From NCBI GenBank assembly GCA_965248265.1, contig CBDFJF010000002.1, positions 2,720,001 to 2,784,000 on the forward strand: a DNA stretch of 64,000 nt. Direction: 5' to 3'. Shown in pieces: positions 9,069 to 19,059 of this stretch. A program made the position numbers and the translations under genes. The notes beneath the pieces are model-generated. The model saw only the letters and a list, made by a program, of their open reading frames with translations, was not told where the DNA came from and did not search any database. Numbering within the stretch: the first letter of the stretch is position 1; the number at the start of each line of letters is the position of its first letter. The DNA is from Candidatus Latescibacterota bacterium. GTDB lineage: Bacteria > Latescibacterota > UBA2968 > UBA8231.

Positions 9069-9313
9069 GCTCTCTCTCCTCTGTCGAGTCGGGTTTCTTC
9101 GTTCGCTCCGAATTTCCTCGGCTTGGGTCGATAGTTCTCGATTCCAGAACAATAATGCGGATTGCTTATCGAAGTAGTGGGTCGGTATTGACCTTCGTCT
9201 CGCCGCCGATCATTCTCACCATCGCCGCCATTGGCCGAAAATCGGGTCGTGTGGTTGGCAACCCGACCGGCAGTCGCAACAAAAAACCCCCAAATAAGCA
9301 CTGAGTGGCATCT

Positions 9314-10288
9314 ATGAACGTTCTCTATTTGGCCGACCGGAACAACGAAGACCAGTATTACCCTTTGGGCCCGTACCTTGAGAAGGCGTTACATCATCGT
9401 CATGATCTCCGGTTCTTTGATCCGTCACAGCCCGGTGTGGCCCAAATCAAAGGGATGGACGCGGTGATCGATGACGGCTTGATAGAGAACACTGAGCAGA
9501 TGGTCGAGGCCGCCGTGGATCTGAAACTCTGGCAGGTTGCCAAGACGGGTTTCGAGGATGCTCCGTTGGCGGCTCTGAAGGCCAAGGGTATTCCCACATG
9601 TAATTGTCCGGGTGTTACCAGCGGCATCTCGCTGGCAGAATGCGCCATGATGTTCATTCTGATGCTGACACGCCACTACAATGGCTGTCAGGACAACTTT
9701 TTCAATTCGAAGGCATGGTGGCAACCGATGGGCCGGGAACTGGCCGAACTCAAGCTGGGCATCGTCGGCTTCGGGGCCAGTGGCCAGGCATTGGCCCGCC
9801 GTGCCCGCTCTTTCGACATGGGAATTCGCGCCATCAATCGCAGCCCAATCAAACGAGAAATGCTCGAAAAAATACCTCTGGAACTCGCCGGCACTCCTGA
9901 CGATTTGGACCCGGTGATCAGCGAGTGTGATATCGTCTCGCTGCACCTTCCTCTCAACGACACGACTCGACAGATCATGAGTGCGAGACGGATCGGGCTG
10001 ATGAAGCAGGATGCGTATTTGATCAACGTGGCCCGCGGCGGGCTGGTTGATCAGGACGCATTGTTCGAGGCCTTGACGGATGGAAAGATTGCGGGAGCCG
10101 GCCTGGATGTATTTGCCGAGGAACCGCCTGATCCGAACCATCCGGCCTTTCGGTTGCCCAATCTGCTGATCACACCCCACATTGCGGGGAGCACGAACGG
10201 CACCTACCGCAAACGCGGCCTCTGTATGGCTGATAATCTCGACCGGATTGCCGACGGCCTGGAACCGCTCTACCGGGTCGACACCTGA
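9314..10288 (+). CDS. D-isomer-specific 2-hydroxyacid dehydrogenase
   Basis: GIVGFGASG, SLHLPL, LINVARG, GAGLDVF..EP, TPHIAG. Confidence 0.92.
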   Translation: MNVLYLADRNNEDQYYPLGPYLEKALHHRHDLRFFDPSQPGVAQIKGMDAVIDDGLIENTEQMVEAAVDLKLWQVAKTGFEDAPLAALKAKGIPTCNCPGVTSGISLAECAMMFILMLTRHYNGCQDNFFNSKAWWQPMGRELAELKLGIVGFGASGQALARRARSFDMGIRAINRSPIKREMLEKIPLELAGTPDDLDPVISECDIVSLHLPLNDTTRQIMSARRIGLMKQDAYLINVARGGLVDQDALFEALTDGKIAGAGLDVFAEEPPDPNHPAFRLPNLLITPHIAGSTNGTYRKRGLCMADNLDRIADGLEPLYRVDT

Positions 10289-10321
10289 ATCGTCTGGGTC
10301 CACGAATTGTAATACCGACAG

Positions 10322-13300
10322 CTAATACAGCACGCTCTGCGCATACCCCAGGAACAGGCGCACGAAGATCGACGTCGTGTCGAAGCTCTCGAGGAAGCGG
10401 AATTCGTCTTTGTACTCAAGCTTGTCCTGCTTGACCCCCAGATTGGCGGAGATTCGATACCCCGAGTAGTCCGACATATTGGAGAGGACGACCGTCATCG
10501 TCTGCCGCTCGAAGCTGTTGCGCGGCTCGGCCACATCGGTTTGCCGAAACCACCAGCCCGGAACCCCCTGAATCCCCACCTTCAGCTCCGTCGCCAGGGA
10601 GAGTTGATATCGGGCCGTGACGAGAGGGACGACCGTTTGGGTGTGGACCAAAGCCCGGCCCGCCTGCTGGCGGGTCCGCTTCAACCAGAGTCCTTTCAGG
10701 GCGGGCTGCAGCGTCAAATCCCCGAAACGCCACGTGTAGTCGGCTTGCTGCACCCACGCCAGGGAACGAACCCGATCCTCGGCTTGCTCCGAACCGTCTC
10801 CCAGCCGACCCCCATACTGACGGTTGTGTTCCAGTTTCACCCGAGTGATGATGCGCCAGCCGGGAAGCCACCTCAGGATGCCCGATACGTACATCCGGTT
10901 CACCAAGCTGTCGCGATAGCTCAACGGATCCGTAACAAACGTCGGCGCATAGGAGAATCGCCCCGACGCGAGCGTTAAATTTTGTCTGTTGACAGCCGTG
11001 GTGGCCGCTGTCCAGCTGTACACATCATCCCGCACATCGTCCCACACCCGCTTCAACTCATCCTCGATCAGCCATTCACCCACCCCAGGATGCTCCCCGC
11101 CATACCTCAGCCGGATGTAGCGCTGGTCGTTGCGGCCCCCGCCGGCGATCTGATGGGACTGCAGCCATCCCAGCGTTGCCCCCGCGCCCATCCATGGCTT
11201 CCAGCGGACATAAGCATGGCCCCCCCGCAGATCCTGGTCATAGGGAAGATCCGCCTCCTGGTCGTCCTCCCGCTCATCCACGACATCGTTGTTGTTGAAA
11301 TCCAGACCATACACGTATTCATCCGGATCCACCTCGTAGAGCAGAAAGGGCTCCAGATAGTCCGGCAGCTGATTCAGGTTGCGGTTCGTATCCGGGATGC
11401 CATCGTTGTCCGCATCCTGCCCGGGGAACACGGATAGATCACCGGGGGCCACGCCCGGTATCTTGCCCTCCGGATTGCTATCCTGATCGTCATTGTCGTC
11501 GAGAAGAGAGAAGAAGGTCGTCCTGTTCTCCACTGACCGCTGGCCTTGCATCTGGAGCACAAGATCTCCTGGCCTCGCCGTCAGTCGCTGGTTGAACATG
11601 GGCCCGATGGAAAACAGCTCTCCCCCAAAACCATAGCGCTCCGTCTCCCGCTCGAGCTGGACATACCCTGCCCGATCCCCACCGCGGTGACGTGCGCCAT
11701 TTGCCTCCCGAAGCTCCGGCTTGCCGGCAACCCAAACTACCTGCTCTCCAGGCACCCCATCCCGGTAGCGGCTGTACGTGAAGCTCTCCGCAAACTCCCC
11801 GCGCACCCGTAGACCCACAAGGTCCAGCGCCATATTCACACCCCATACCGACTGCCCGGTCTCGGTCCCGATCGGAATTCGTATCCGCTCCACATTGGAC
11901 AGATCCTGCACATTCCCCTCCGCACGACGCACGGTCTTATAGAACGGGGCACTATAACGAGTCTCATACGGGGTACCTTCCCTCGGATTCGACACACTCA
12001 GGTCAGCGACTTCGATGCGGTAATCATTGCCCACCGACGCCTCCACCTCCACCGAGCGCACGTGGGTCAGCCCCTCCAGATCGAAGTAATACACCAGGGC
12101 CTCGGTCCCATCCGCACGCTGAGCCTGGCTCGGATCCTCCCACCCCACAAACTCAACCAGACGATCTACGTCCGTGTTGTTGGCCACATTCGGATCGTCC
12201 GGGTCAAGTGCATAATCCCGCCGGTACAGGTAGTCGGCAAACAACGGCGTTTCCATCCCCCAATAGGGGCCCGGGGTGCGTGCAATGCCGGGTTGGTAGT
12301 AGAAGCTGGGCCCGAAACGCCCATCGACCGAGCTGGTCTTTCCAACCACCGTAAACCGATCCGTGAGATCCCGACGCACCACGTCCGGAACCAGATCCGG
12401 ACGCCTTTGACCATTGACCACCAACTGCACCCCGTACACTACGGGGCCACCTCGTCCATCGGCCGGCGAATCGTCCGAAATCCGTACCGCCAGCAGCGCC
12501 GGGATCGACTGAGTGGCATGCAGATCCCCCCTCAAGTCGGTCGTCGCATAGCGCACGTCGAACATGTGCTGGTTCGCAAACGTGGCGCCCACACGCAACG
12601 GCCCCGTCTCGCGCTCGTAGTGTCCTGCCAGCAGAATACCCGAATCGTTGTCGGTACCGGCTGCGGTCCCCCCTGCCCGATATACCGAATAACTGTAGGC
12701 CGCTACGAGGCTCAAGGCATCTCCAAACGGGCTCAGCACATCCGCCCGGGCTCCCTGCAGCGACACTCGATTCAACGTCAGCGGCGTGAACCGAGTGATG
12801 ATCCCGCGCGTCCACCAAAACTGTTGAGTCATGTGCCCTGTGAAGATGAGATTACTTGCCCATCCCGAGTGGGTCTGTCCTCCCATGGACAAAACCCCGT
12901 GGAAATTACTGAGGTTAGATCTGAGAATACTGCCTCCACGCCGTCTTGCCCCCTCCCTGGACTGTTCCGCGGTCCAGGTGCCCAATTCCCGACCGCTGAT
13001 CAGGAAGTTACCCAGGGGATCGTAGATATTCGACCACGGCGGACGATCCGTCAGCGCCTCGTAGTTTTGATACTCCGTGAACGCGTAGTTTCGATACGAC
13101 TCCCCCGGGTCCCCCAAAAACATCTGATCCGGCACGATCGCAGGCACCATCGGGGTTTCCTTCCACCGACGCTCCGCCTCCCATCTCCCCTCGCCCACCA
13201 CAGTCGTCACGAGAAGAAGATGGAATGCAAATGACAGACGTCTCCCTCGGAAGCCCAAGCGGCACCCTACCCCTTCCAGCCTTTTGCCTTTACGCACGAT

Positions 13301-13357
13301 GCAGGGCCTCGCTTCTGTCTTGTCGTTGGTTTCGCAGTTCGTATATGAAGGGCTCAC
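10322..13357 (-). CDS. Large hypothetical protein, probable outer-membrane/secreted, with Asp-rich Ca-binding repeats (true start probably downstream of 13357)
   Basis: ~1000-codon ORF, DDNDDQD / DADNDGIPD / DFNNNDVVD motifs, beta-strand-like C-terminus. Confidence 0.6.
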   Translation of the reverse strand: MSPSYTNCETNDKTEARPCIVRKGKRLEGVGCRLGFRGRRLSFAFHLLLVTTVVGEGRWEAERRWKETPMVPAIVPDQMFLGDPGESYRNYAFTEYQNYEALTDRPPWSNIYDPLGNFLISGRELGTWTAEQSREGARRRGGSILRSNLSNFHGVLSMGGQTHSGWASNLIFTGHMTQQFWWTRGIITRFTPLTLNRVSLQGARADVLSPFGDALSLVAAYSYSVYRAGGTAAGTDNDSGILLAGHYERETGPLRVGATFANQHMFDVRYATTDLRGDLHATQSIPALLAVRISDDSPADGRGGPVVYGVQLVVNGQRRPDLVPDVVRRDLTDRFTVVGKTSSVDGRFGPSFYYQPGIARTPGPYWGMETPLFADYLYRRDYALDPDDPNVANNTDVDRLVEFVGWEDPSQAQRADGTEALVYYFDLEGLTHVRSVEVEASVGNDYRIEVADLSVSNPREGTPYETRYSAPFYKTVRRAEGNVQDLSNVERIRIPIGTETGQSVWGVNMALDLVGLRVRGEFAESFTYSRYRDGVPGEQVVWVAGKPELREANGARHRGGDRAGYVQLERETERYGFGGELFSIGPMFNQRLTARPGDLVLQMQGQRSVENRTTFFSLLDDNDDQDSNPEGKIPGVAPGDLSVFPGQDADNDGIPDTNRNLNQLPDYLEPFLLYEVDPDEYVYGLDFNNNDVVDEREDDQEADLPYDQDLRGGHAYVRWKPWMGAGATLGWLQSHQIAGGGRNDQRYIRLRYGGEHPGVGEWLIEDELKRVWDDVRDDVYSWTAATTAVNRQNLTLASGRFSYAPTFVTDPLSYRDSLVNRMYVSGILRWLPGWRIITRVKLEHNRQYGGRLGDGSEQAEDRVRSLAWVQQADYTWRFGDLTLQPALKGLWLKRTRQQAGRALVHTQTVVPLVTARYQLSLATELKVGIQGVPGWWFRQTDVAEPRNSFERQTMTVVLSNMSDYSGYRISANLGVKQDKLEYKDEFRFLESFDTTSIFVRLFLGYAQSVLY

Positions 13358-13375
13358 GACTCCCGGAAACAGGTA

Positions 13376-15307
13376 CTAGTAGGCCATTCTCAATCCATTA
13401 CCCATCATCCCGGTGAAATAGTCCACGATCAGCCAGAATCCCCCGGCCACGAACTGACCCAGGATCAACCCGTAGAAAAGAGGAGCGAGCGAGCGATAGG
13501 CTTTGAGGCCACCATACTTCAAGAGAACCGACTTGGTCAGCCAGGCCAGAAACACCGGAAACCAGGCCGTACCCATCACCCTGTCCATACTGACCACAAA
13601 TCCCAGAGGGTGTAACGGCCACCACAGGAAGCGGCGATGCAAGATCAGCAGACCTGCCATCATCCCGCCACCCAGCAGCCGGGTGAACCAACCCAGCCAG
13701 TTCGGTCCCACATTCTCGTCGACCCTGTGCGCCACATAGTCCCAAGTGAACTGGGGTAGATAGCTTACGTAACCAGCTACATTGATACCCCCCTCCCGAT
13801 AGGTTACCCACAACGTCATCCAGAACGTACTGACCGCAGAAACCCCGATAGCGATCGCAATCGCCAGCAACAACCATCGCTTCCGATGCGCGATCTCCCC
13901 ACTCAACTTCAACCCCGTGGCCGTATGCGCCATCATCGTGCTCGCCAGTGATTCCGTCCATATCACCGTCGGCCCCAGCGCCGCTATCCCTGAAGGCCCT
14001 ATGTACTTTGCCCCAATCCCCGAGATGACGACGTCCAGGGGGACATTTCGGGGAAACACCATGGGCAGTCCCGCCTCAGCGATGATGCGCGTCAGGCTGA
14101 TAAAGGTCACCAGCGCCCCAAACAGAAACAGCGGCGTTACCCACATGGGCAATCCCGCCCGCCACAGCCACACGCTCATTGTGACCAGTCCGAGGATCAC
14201 CCCCCATACCGCGGTTCGGTAGGACACGATTTCGTCGGCATCGTCCACCGAAGCGTCCCCTCTGAACGCCTTCCGAAACACCTCCTGCAGATGCCCCCGG
14301 GCAATCCAGAGCCCGAAGAGCACCAGCGCCGTCATGGCACCTAGACTCTGATGTGCGAACAGTCCACCGCCATAACCAGACACAGGTTCCCCCATGCCAG
14401 CCCTCACCATGACCAGCGCACCCTCAACCAGTTGCCGCAACAGAGTGAACACCCACATCCCGAGCATGACGTCCGGTTTGAGGAAGTACGCAAACCCCAG
14501 GATCATCAGATTCAGGTAGAAAGAAATGCCGACAAAACCTCGCAACAGGTTTATGTCTCCGAAACTTGCCGGAACCACGGGCACAAAGGGGAAGTAGTGG
14601 TTCAGGGCATTGAGGCTCACCCGACCAAACGCCAGCAGCAATCCCACCCACATCAGGCTGCTCTTGAAAAAGGGCGCCACCAACCCGCCACCAGACGGGG
14701 CCTCCACCATGGCCAGGGGCACTTTGGTGATCGGATAGATCAGGTGCTCGTGCTCCACCCACTGGCGGCGGAGGATCACCATCGCGCAGATGCTCACCGT
14801 CCACAGCGCCACCATGAACAGCGTCCACCAGAACAGCGGCGGCAACCACATGTCCCAGGGAATCGACTCACCCTCCGGCATCCCCTCGAAGAACCACCGG
14901 ATGCCCAGCTCATCCTGTGGCACCATCCACCTGGCCACGTAGGGATGAACCCGCTCCGACCACGCGTTTTCCGGCGTCGCCAGGTAGGACATCCCGGCCG
15001 TGGACGACAACAGCATCAAGCAGAAGCCGTTGCGCTCGCCCCCCGAGAACGAAGTCGCCACGACCATCATGATGTAAATGGTCAGCAACTCCCCCCGGCC
15101 AAGGACCAGCCGTCGGTGAATGACCCCCAGCAGGACCTGTACGACACCCACCCACAGGAAGAACAGGAAGAAGGCGGCGGGCGCATTCAGCGAGCTCATG
15201 TGGCTGCCCATGATGACGAACGCGCCGTAGGGCACCCCCACACCGATCACCAGACTGAGTCCGGCTCCGATGACCAACGAGCGCGGCGTCACGCCCGACG
15301 CCGACAT
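13376..15307 (-). CDS. Polytopic membrane protein, DUF6785/DUF6784 (OPT-like transporter)
   Basis: ELLTIYIM, ILRRQWVEHEHLIYPI, RIIAEAG, WWPLHPLG, LKYGG; many TM segments. Confidence 0.75.
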   Translation of the reverse strand: MSASGVTPRSLVIGAGLSLVIGVGVPYGAFVIMGSHMSSLNAPAAFFLFFLWVGVVQVLLGVIHRRLVLGRGELLTIYIMMVVATSFSGGERNGFCLMLLSSTAGMSYLATPENAWSERVHPYVARWMVPQDELGIRWFFEGMPEGESIPWDMWLPPLFWWTLFMVALWTVSICAMVILRRQWVEHEHLIYPITKVPLAMVEAPSGGGLVAPFFKSSLMWVGLLLAFGRVSLNALNHYFPFVPVVPASFGDINLLRGFVGISFYLNLMILGFAYFLKPDVMLGMWVFTLLRQLVEGALVMVRAGMGEPVSGYGGGLFAHQSLGAMTALVLFGLWIARGHLQEVFRKAFRGDASVDDADEIVSYRTAVWGVILGLVTMSVWLWRAGLPMWVTPLFLFGALVTFISLTRIIAEAGLPMVFPRNVPLDVVISGIGAKYIGPSGIAALGPTVIWTESLASTMMAHTATGLKLSGEIAHRKRWLLLAIAIAIGVSAVSTFWMTLWVTYREGGINVAGYVSYLPQFTWDYVAHRVDENVGPNWLGWFTRLLGGGMMAGLLILHRRFLWWPLHPLGFVVSMDRVMGTAWFPVFLAWLTKSVLLKYGGLKAYRSLAPLFYGLILGQFVAGGFWLIVDYFTGMMGNGLRMAY

Positions 15308-15411
15308 CTTCGTTCTCCTTGGGTGGTCCTGAGCCGTCGGCGCGCTCCCAGTCCGATGCGGTACCGACGGCGGTGATTGGCAAGATCGACGACTGGTCGT
15401 GGGGCACCTAG

Positions 15412-15528
15412 GGCGTGCCGGGCCTGATGTGTGAGGCCGGCCTGGAGGGCGTCAGCCGCCGTAAGCGGGCGCAAACGACGTGACGCATCGGGACGGGGCG
15501 GGTGGCTTTGAACCTGGTGGATGTGCGG
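15412..15528 (+). pseudogene. Degenerate IS3-family transposase fragment
   Basis: LMCEAGLEGVSRRKRAQTT*...ALNLVD resembles the IS3 OrfB RLMR..GL....RRK...TT....DLV segment. Confidence 0.55.
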
Positions 15529-15594
15529 CCGGTCCCTCTCGTTGCAGTACTGTGCTCGGGAGATCCCCTGAGCAGCGCATTTTGGAGATAGCCT

Positions 15595-15636
15595 GAAAAC
15601 AGAGATGGAGGAGGGACATAACCCCTCCTCCACCTC
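15595..15636 (-). terminator. Intrinsic terminator after the FlgD-tail gene
   Basis: TGGAGGAGGG / CCCTCCTCCA stem followed on minus strand by TCTCTGTTTT. Confidence 0.65.
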
Positions 15637-15660
15637 GATGATCCGGTCGGGTGACCCTCC

Positions 15661-17595
15661 TTATTTGAGCAGGGTCATCTTCTTGGTCAACTCATGGTCC
15701 CCGACCCGCAGGCGATAGAAGTACATCCCGCCGGCAACGATCTCTCCGCCGACGCTATTGCCATCCCAGCTGGTACGATAGGAGCCCGCTCGCAGGAACT
15801 CGTTGACCAGCGTGCTCACCTGCTGACCCTGGCTGTTGAGTACCGTCAACAGCGCTTGGCCCCCAACCGGAATAGAGAACTCGATCGTCGTCTGGGGATT
15901 GAACGGGTTCGGATAGGCATCACCCAGCTCGTATTCGTCGGGTGTTGCGTCGGAAGTCGTTTCCACGATTGCCGTCGGCAAGTTGGTACCGATCAGTGCC
16001 GTGGAAATCCGGAACGGCAGATGGGCAATCTGATAGCCATGACCATCACCGTGGAACTCCTGTTCAGTAGCCAGAAGATAGAGTCCGTCGTGCTCCGAAT
16101 GCTCGTGGACCATATAAACGCCCGTCCCGGTCGCGTTGTTATGCGACGTCGGAGCCCTGGCTGCGTCAACGTGAAGGAGTCCCGAGCCATCGGGGCCGTA
16201 GAGCGCCCCCCAGTGGGGCTGGACCTCGTTCTGCGTACCCTCAGCCAAGAAAGCGAACCCCTCGGCACTGCCGCTGATCACGTGAGCGTCACCATCCAGC
16301 GTTGACTCAATGCCCAGGGCCTGGGCTTGGGCGTCAAAGATCATGTCGTTGAAGCCGTCCCCGGCATCGTTTATGTAGATGGCGTTCCCGTCCCAGTCGA
16401 CCTTCATCGGGCTTCTTGTTGACGAATCCCCGCCCCAGCCTCCAGCGCAGACGATGAACCCCGAGTCATCGATGACCATAGTCCCAACCATACTGGCAAC
16501 GGGCGAAGTTGACCCATCCTCATTGTAGCGATCCCATACATAGTGTTCGCTGATGTCGATGATGTCCGTGACGTCGCCCGTATTGGAATCCAGTTCGTAG
16601 ATATCGCTGACCGGGGGATTGGTAAAGAACCCATGGCCCAGGTACAGGTTGTCTTCATAGAATTGAAGCGAATTGAAAATGTTCGAGTTTTCGTCGACAA
16701 CAATCCTCTCCTTCCAGCTGGCGGGCGGGTCCCCGAAGCCTTCCATGGGTTCGGCCGTGAGCTGGTCCAGAGATACGGTAGCGCCAAGTATGCCACCATC
16801 CCAGAACTGGTACGACCACCAGCGGGTGAAGTCGTCCGGATCGACGACAGAGCCATGGCTCGTGCCCCCCAGTATCGCTCTCGGGTTCCCGTCAGCGTCC
16901 GTCAGGCCGTAGTCCGGGTATTCGGTGAGCTGGACGAGCTCCATCTCGTCGTTTTCCAGGAAATTGCCCGGTGCGATCGGATATCTCACGAAGGCCCCTT
17001 GACCCGCGATATCCACTCTCGGGCCACCCGGCCTCGTGCCCAAGGGCCCGCCGGTGCCGATGACCCATCCTTCCCCTTGGGCGTTCTGAAGGTAGACAGC
17101 GCGCTGCCGCATTCCCCAACCCGAGACGCCTACCCAGTTGGCATCATCCTGGTCGTTGACGCCGATACAGTAAAGGGTGTACGTGCCCGAGTCGACGGCG
17201 TTCCCTTCCCAATCTCTCCCATCCCACGTGCCACTGTGCGTTCCCTCCTCAAATGACCCCAGCTCGATCACTCGTACCAGGTTGGGGATCCCCGCTTTGC
17301 GGAACACGGCGTGGCCTTCATTTATCTGGGGGATACCAGGGCCACCCCAGCCACCTTCAGTGGGCTGATCCTTGGTGTACACCGCCAGCCAGACGGAGGC
17401 CCGGCTGCCCCGCAGAGTGAAGGGAACGTCCACATTGCCGCTGAAATCGTAGTTCACATTCCCCAGGTCGATCTCCAGCACCTGCAGCGGCTCGCTACGC
17501 ACGTATCGGTAGTCCGGGGTCCCCGCCTGGCCGTAAGCTTGTCCCGCGCAGACCGCGAGGAGGATCATGGACAGAAAGACAGTTCTCGGTTGCAT
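15661..17595 (-). CDS. Secreted protein with FlgD Ig-like domains / T9SS-like C-terminal tail
   Basis: Signal peptide, WDGRDWEGNAVDSGTY, YPNPFNPQTTIEF...WDG...GMYFYRL...KKMTLLK. Confidence 0.8.
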   Translation of the reverse strand: MQPRTVFLSMILLAVCAGQAYGQAGTPDYRYVRSEPLQVLEIDLGNVNYDFSGNVDVPFTLRGSRASVWLAVYTKDQPTEGGWGGPGIPQINEGHAVFRKAGIPNLVRVIELGSFEEGTHSGTWDGRDWEGNAVDSGTYTLYCIGVNDQDDANWVGVSGWGMRQRAVYLQNAQGEGWVIGTGGPLGTRPGGPRVDIAGQGAFVRYPIAPGNFLENDEMELVQLTEYPDYGLTDADGNPRAILGGTSHGSVVDPDDFTRWWSYQFWDGGILGATVSLDQLTAEPMEGFGDPPASWKERIVVDENSNIFNSLQFYEDNLYLGHGFFTNPPVSDIYELDSNTGDVTDIIDISEHYVWDRYNEDGSTSPVASMVGTMVIDDSGFIVCAGGWGGDSSTRSPMKVDWDGNAIYINDAGDGFNDMIFDAQAQALGIESTLDGDAHVISGSAEGFAFLAEGTQNEVQPHWGALYGPDGSGLLHVDAARAPTSHNNATGTGVYMVHEHSEHDGLYLLATEQEFHGDGHGYQIAHLPFRISTALIGTNLPTAIVETTSDATPDEYELGDAYPNPFNPQTTIEFSIPVGGQALLTVLNSQGQQVSTLVNEFLRAGSYRTSWDGNSVGGEIVAGGMYFYRLRVGDHELTKKMTLLK

Positions 17596-17733
17596 TTCTC
17601 AAACTCCTCAGGTACGATTGATGGTGAACGTTCGTCGAGCAGTGAGTTGGGCAAAAAACACTTCCTCCCTCCCCCTTCACCCGCACCAGCACGTTCAGAT
17701 TACACTTCTCCTCTCTGGCTGGCGTCACATCAC

Positions 17734-17791
17734 GATATATCCCTCCGATTGGTGTACATAATGATATATCCCTCCGATTGGTGTACATAAT
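17734..17791. repeat. Perfect 29-bp tandem duplication in the upstream region of the FlgD-tail gene
   Basis: GATATATCCCTCCGATTGGTGTACATAAT x2. Confidence 0.95.
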
Positions 17792-17837
17792 ACTGACTCC
17801 TCCGGCCGCATTCAAGCGAAATCGGCTCTGATCGTGC

Positions 17838-19007
17838 TCATCTGCCTGAATCCGCCGACAGTGGAACCGTTGACAAGGTTATCGGAATATAGTTCAGCTT
17901 GTACAGACTTATATCCTGATAGTTGCCCGACACATAAAGCATGGCGGTCACCGTGTTCGCATCGCTGAGCTTCTGGAACTTTTGACCCACGATAGGCACG
18001 TACCAGCCCAACCTGTCTGTGTCCATGGTCTTGAATTTCGTCCAAGGGCCCCAGGGCTTGGGCGCTTCGTACCACTCAACGATCGTTCTCGGATCCACGC
18101 GCAGGTTGTAGGTGGTATAGTGCCATACTGCCATGACATACCTTCCCAAGGCCGGTATGTATGTCATGCCGGTCATGCTGCAATTCAAGGGATCCTCCAG
18201 CACAGGCTTTGCCGAATTCATGTCACCAACCCAGTTGTTCTCCGGTATTCCATCTTCCCCCGCGCAAAATTGCCAATCGGCCGCGTTCAGATTCGACAAT
18301 TTGCTTTTCAAGACGCGGCCCAGGACATAGTTGTCGCCATCTTCAAAGTGGCCGTTGGTGGAAACCGCGTAGACATATCTGTCAGCATTGTCCACCGTCG
18401 CGGCGCCATCCTTGCCGTACCAAACGAAATAGGGAGCACCGAACCGCAATCCGGGAAACATCGGCTTCTCGAAGTTGTCGGCTGCTGATCTTGTCCAGGT
18501 GACGCCTCTATCGATGGATTTGATGATGCTTGCATTCTTGAAAACATGTCGGTTCTCGGTATCGCCGGACTTCTCGGGATAAAGGCATCGAGTCACAAAC
18601 ATGTACAAAATGCCATCCACGCAGTACGAATTCATGGTTTTCCAGTTGGCGCCGTCCGTTGCGTACTCCGTTTCCCCATAGTCCGTCAAGTCGCTTATGG
18701 TGGTACCGATGAGATTGAACGGATCATCGCCGGTGAGCTTGCCAAACGCGACGCTGCGTTGTGGCATGCCTCCGAAACAGGTTCCATCGTTGTTGGCGGT
18801 GTACAAGTCGTCGTCATCCGCCCACGTGGGTGCCCACTCGTCGCCATGACTGTTGGCGATCTGCCGGTATTCGGCATCAAATCGAATATCCACAATCGGT
18901 CTGCCACCGGATGGGGGCAGATTCACTTCGTTCATGATGATTCTCCTGGTGGTCTCCATGGAGGCAGCGCCTTCAACAGCCCTGACAGTTCTGTCCGCGG
19001 CAGTCAT
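17838..19007 (-). CDS. Hypothetical beta-propeller protein (DUF4185-like); start uncertain
   Basis: GDEWAPTWADDD, YVYAVS, MTYIPALGRY, YEAPKPWGPW. Confidence 0.6.
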   Translation of the reverse strand: MTAADRTVRAVEGAASMETTRRIIMNEVNLPPSGGRPIVDIRFDAEYRQIANSHGDEWAPTWADDDDLYTANNDGTCFGGMPQRSVAFGKLTGDDPFNLIGTTISDLTDYGETEYATDGANWKTMNSYCVDGILYMFVTRCLYPEKSGDTENRHVFKNASIIKSIDRGVTWTRSAADNFEKPMFPGLRFGAPYFVWYGKDGAATVDNADRYVYAVSTNGHFEDGDNYVLGRVLKSKLSNLNAADWQFCAGEDGIPENNWVGDMNSAKPVLEDPLNCSMTGMTYIPALGRYVMAVWHYTTYNLRVDPRTIVEWYEAPKPWGPWTKFKTMDTDRLGWYVPIVGQKFQKLSDANTVTAMLYVSGNYQDISLYKLNYIPITLSTVPLSADSGR

Positions 19008-19059
19008 GGGTAAGTACCTCGCTACGAGCAGATGATTGCCAGACCCTGGATGGAGCTGA

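Noticed and set aside
17734-17791. CRISPR array from the 29-bp repeat
   Set aside because: Two abutting copies, no spacer, no cas genes.
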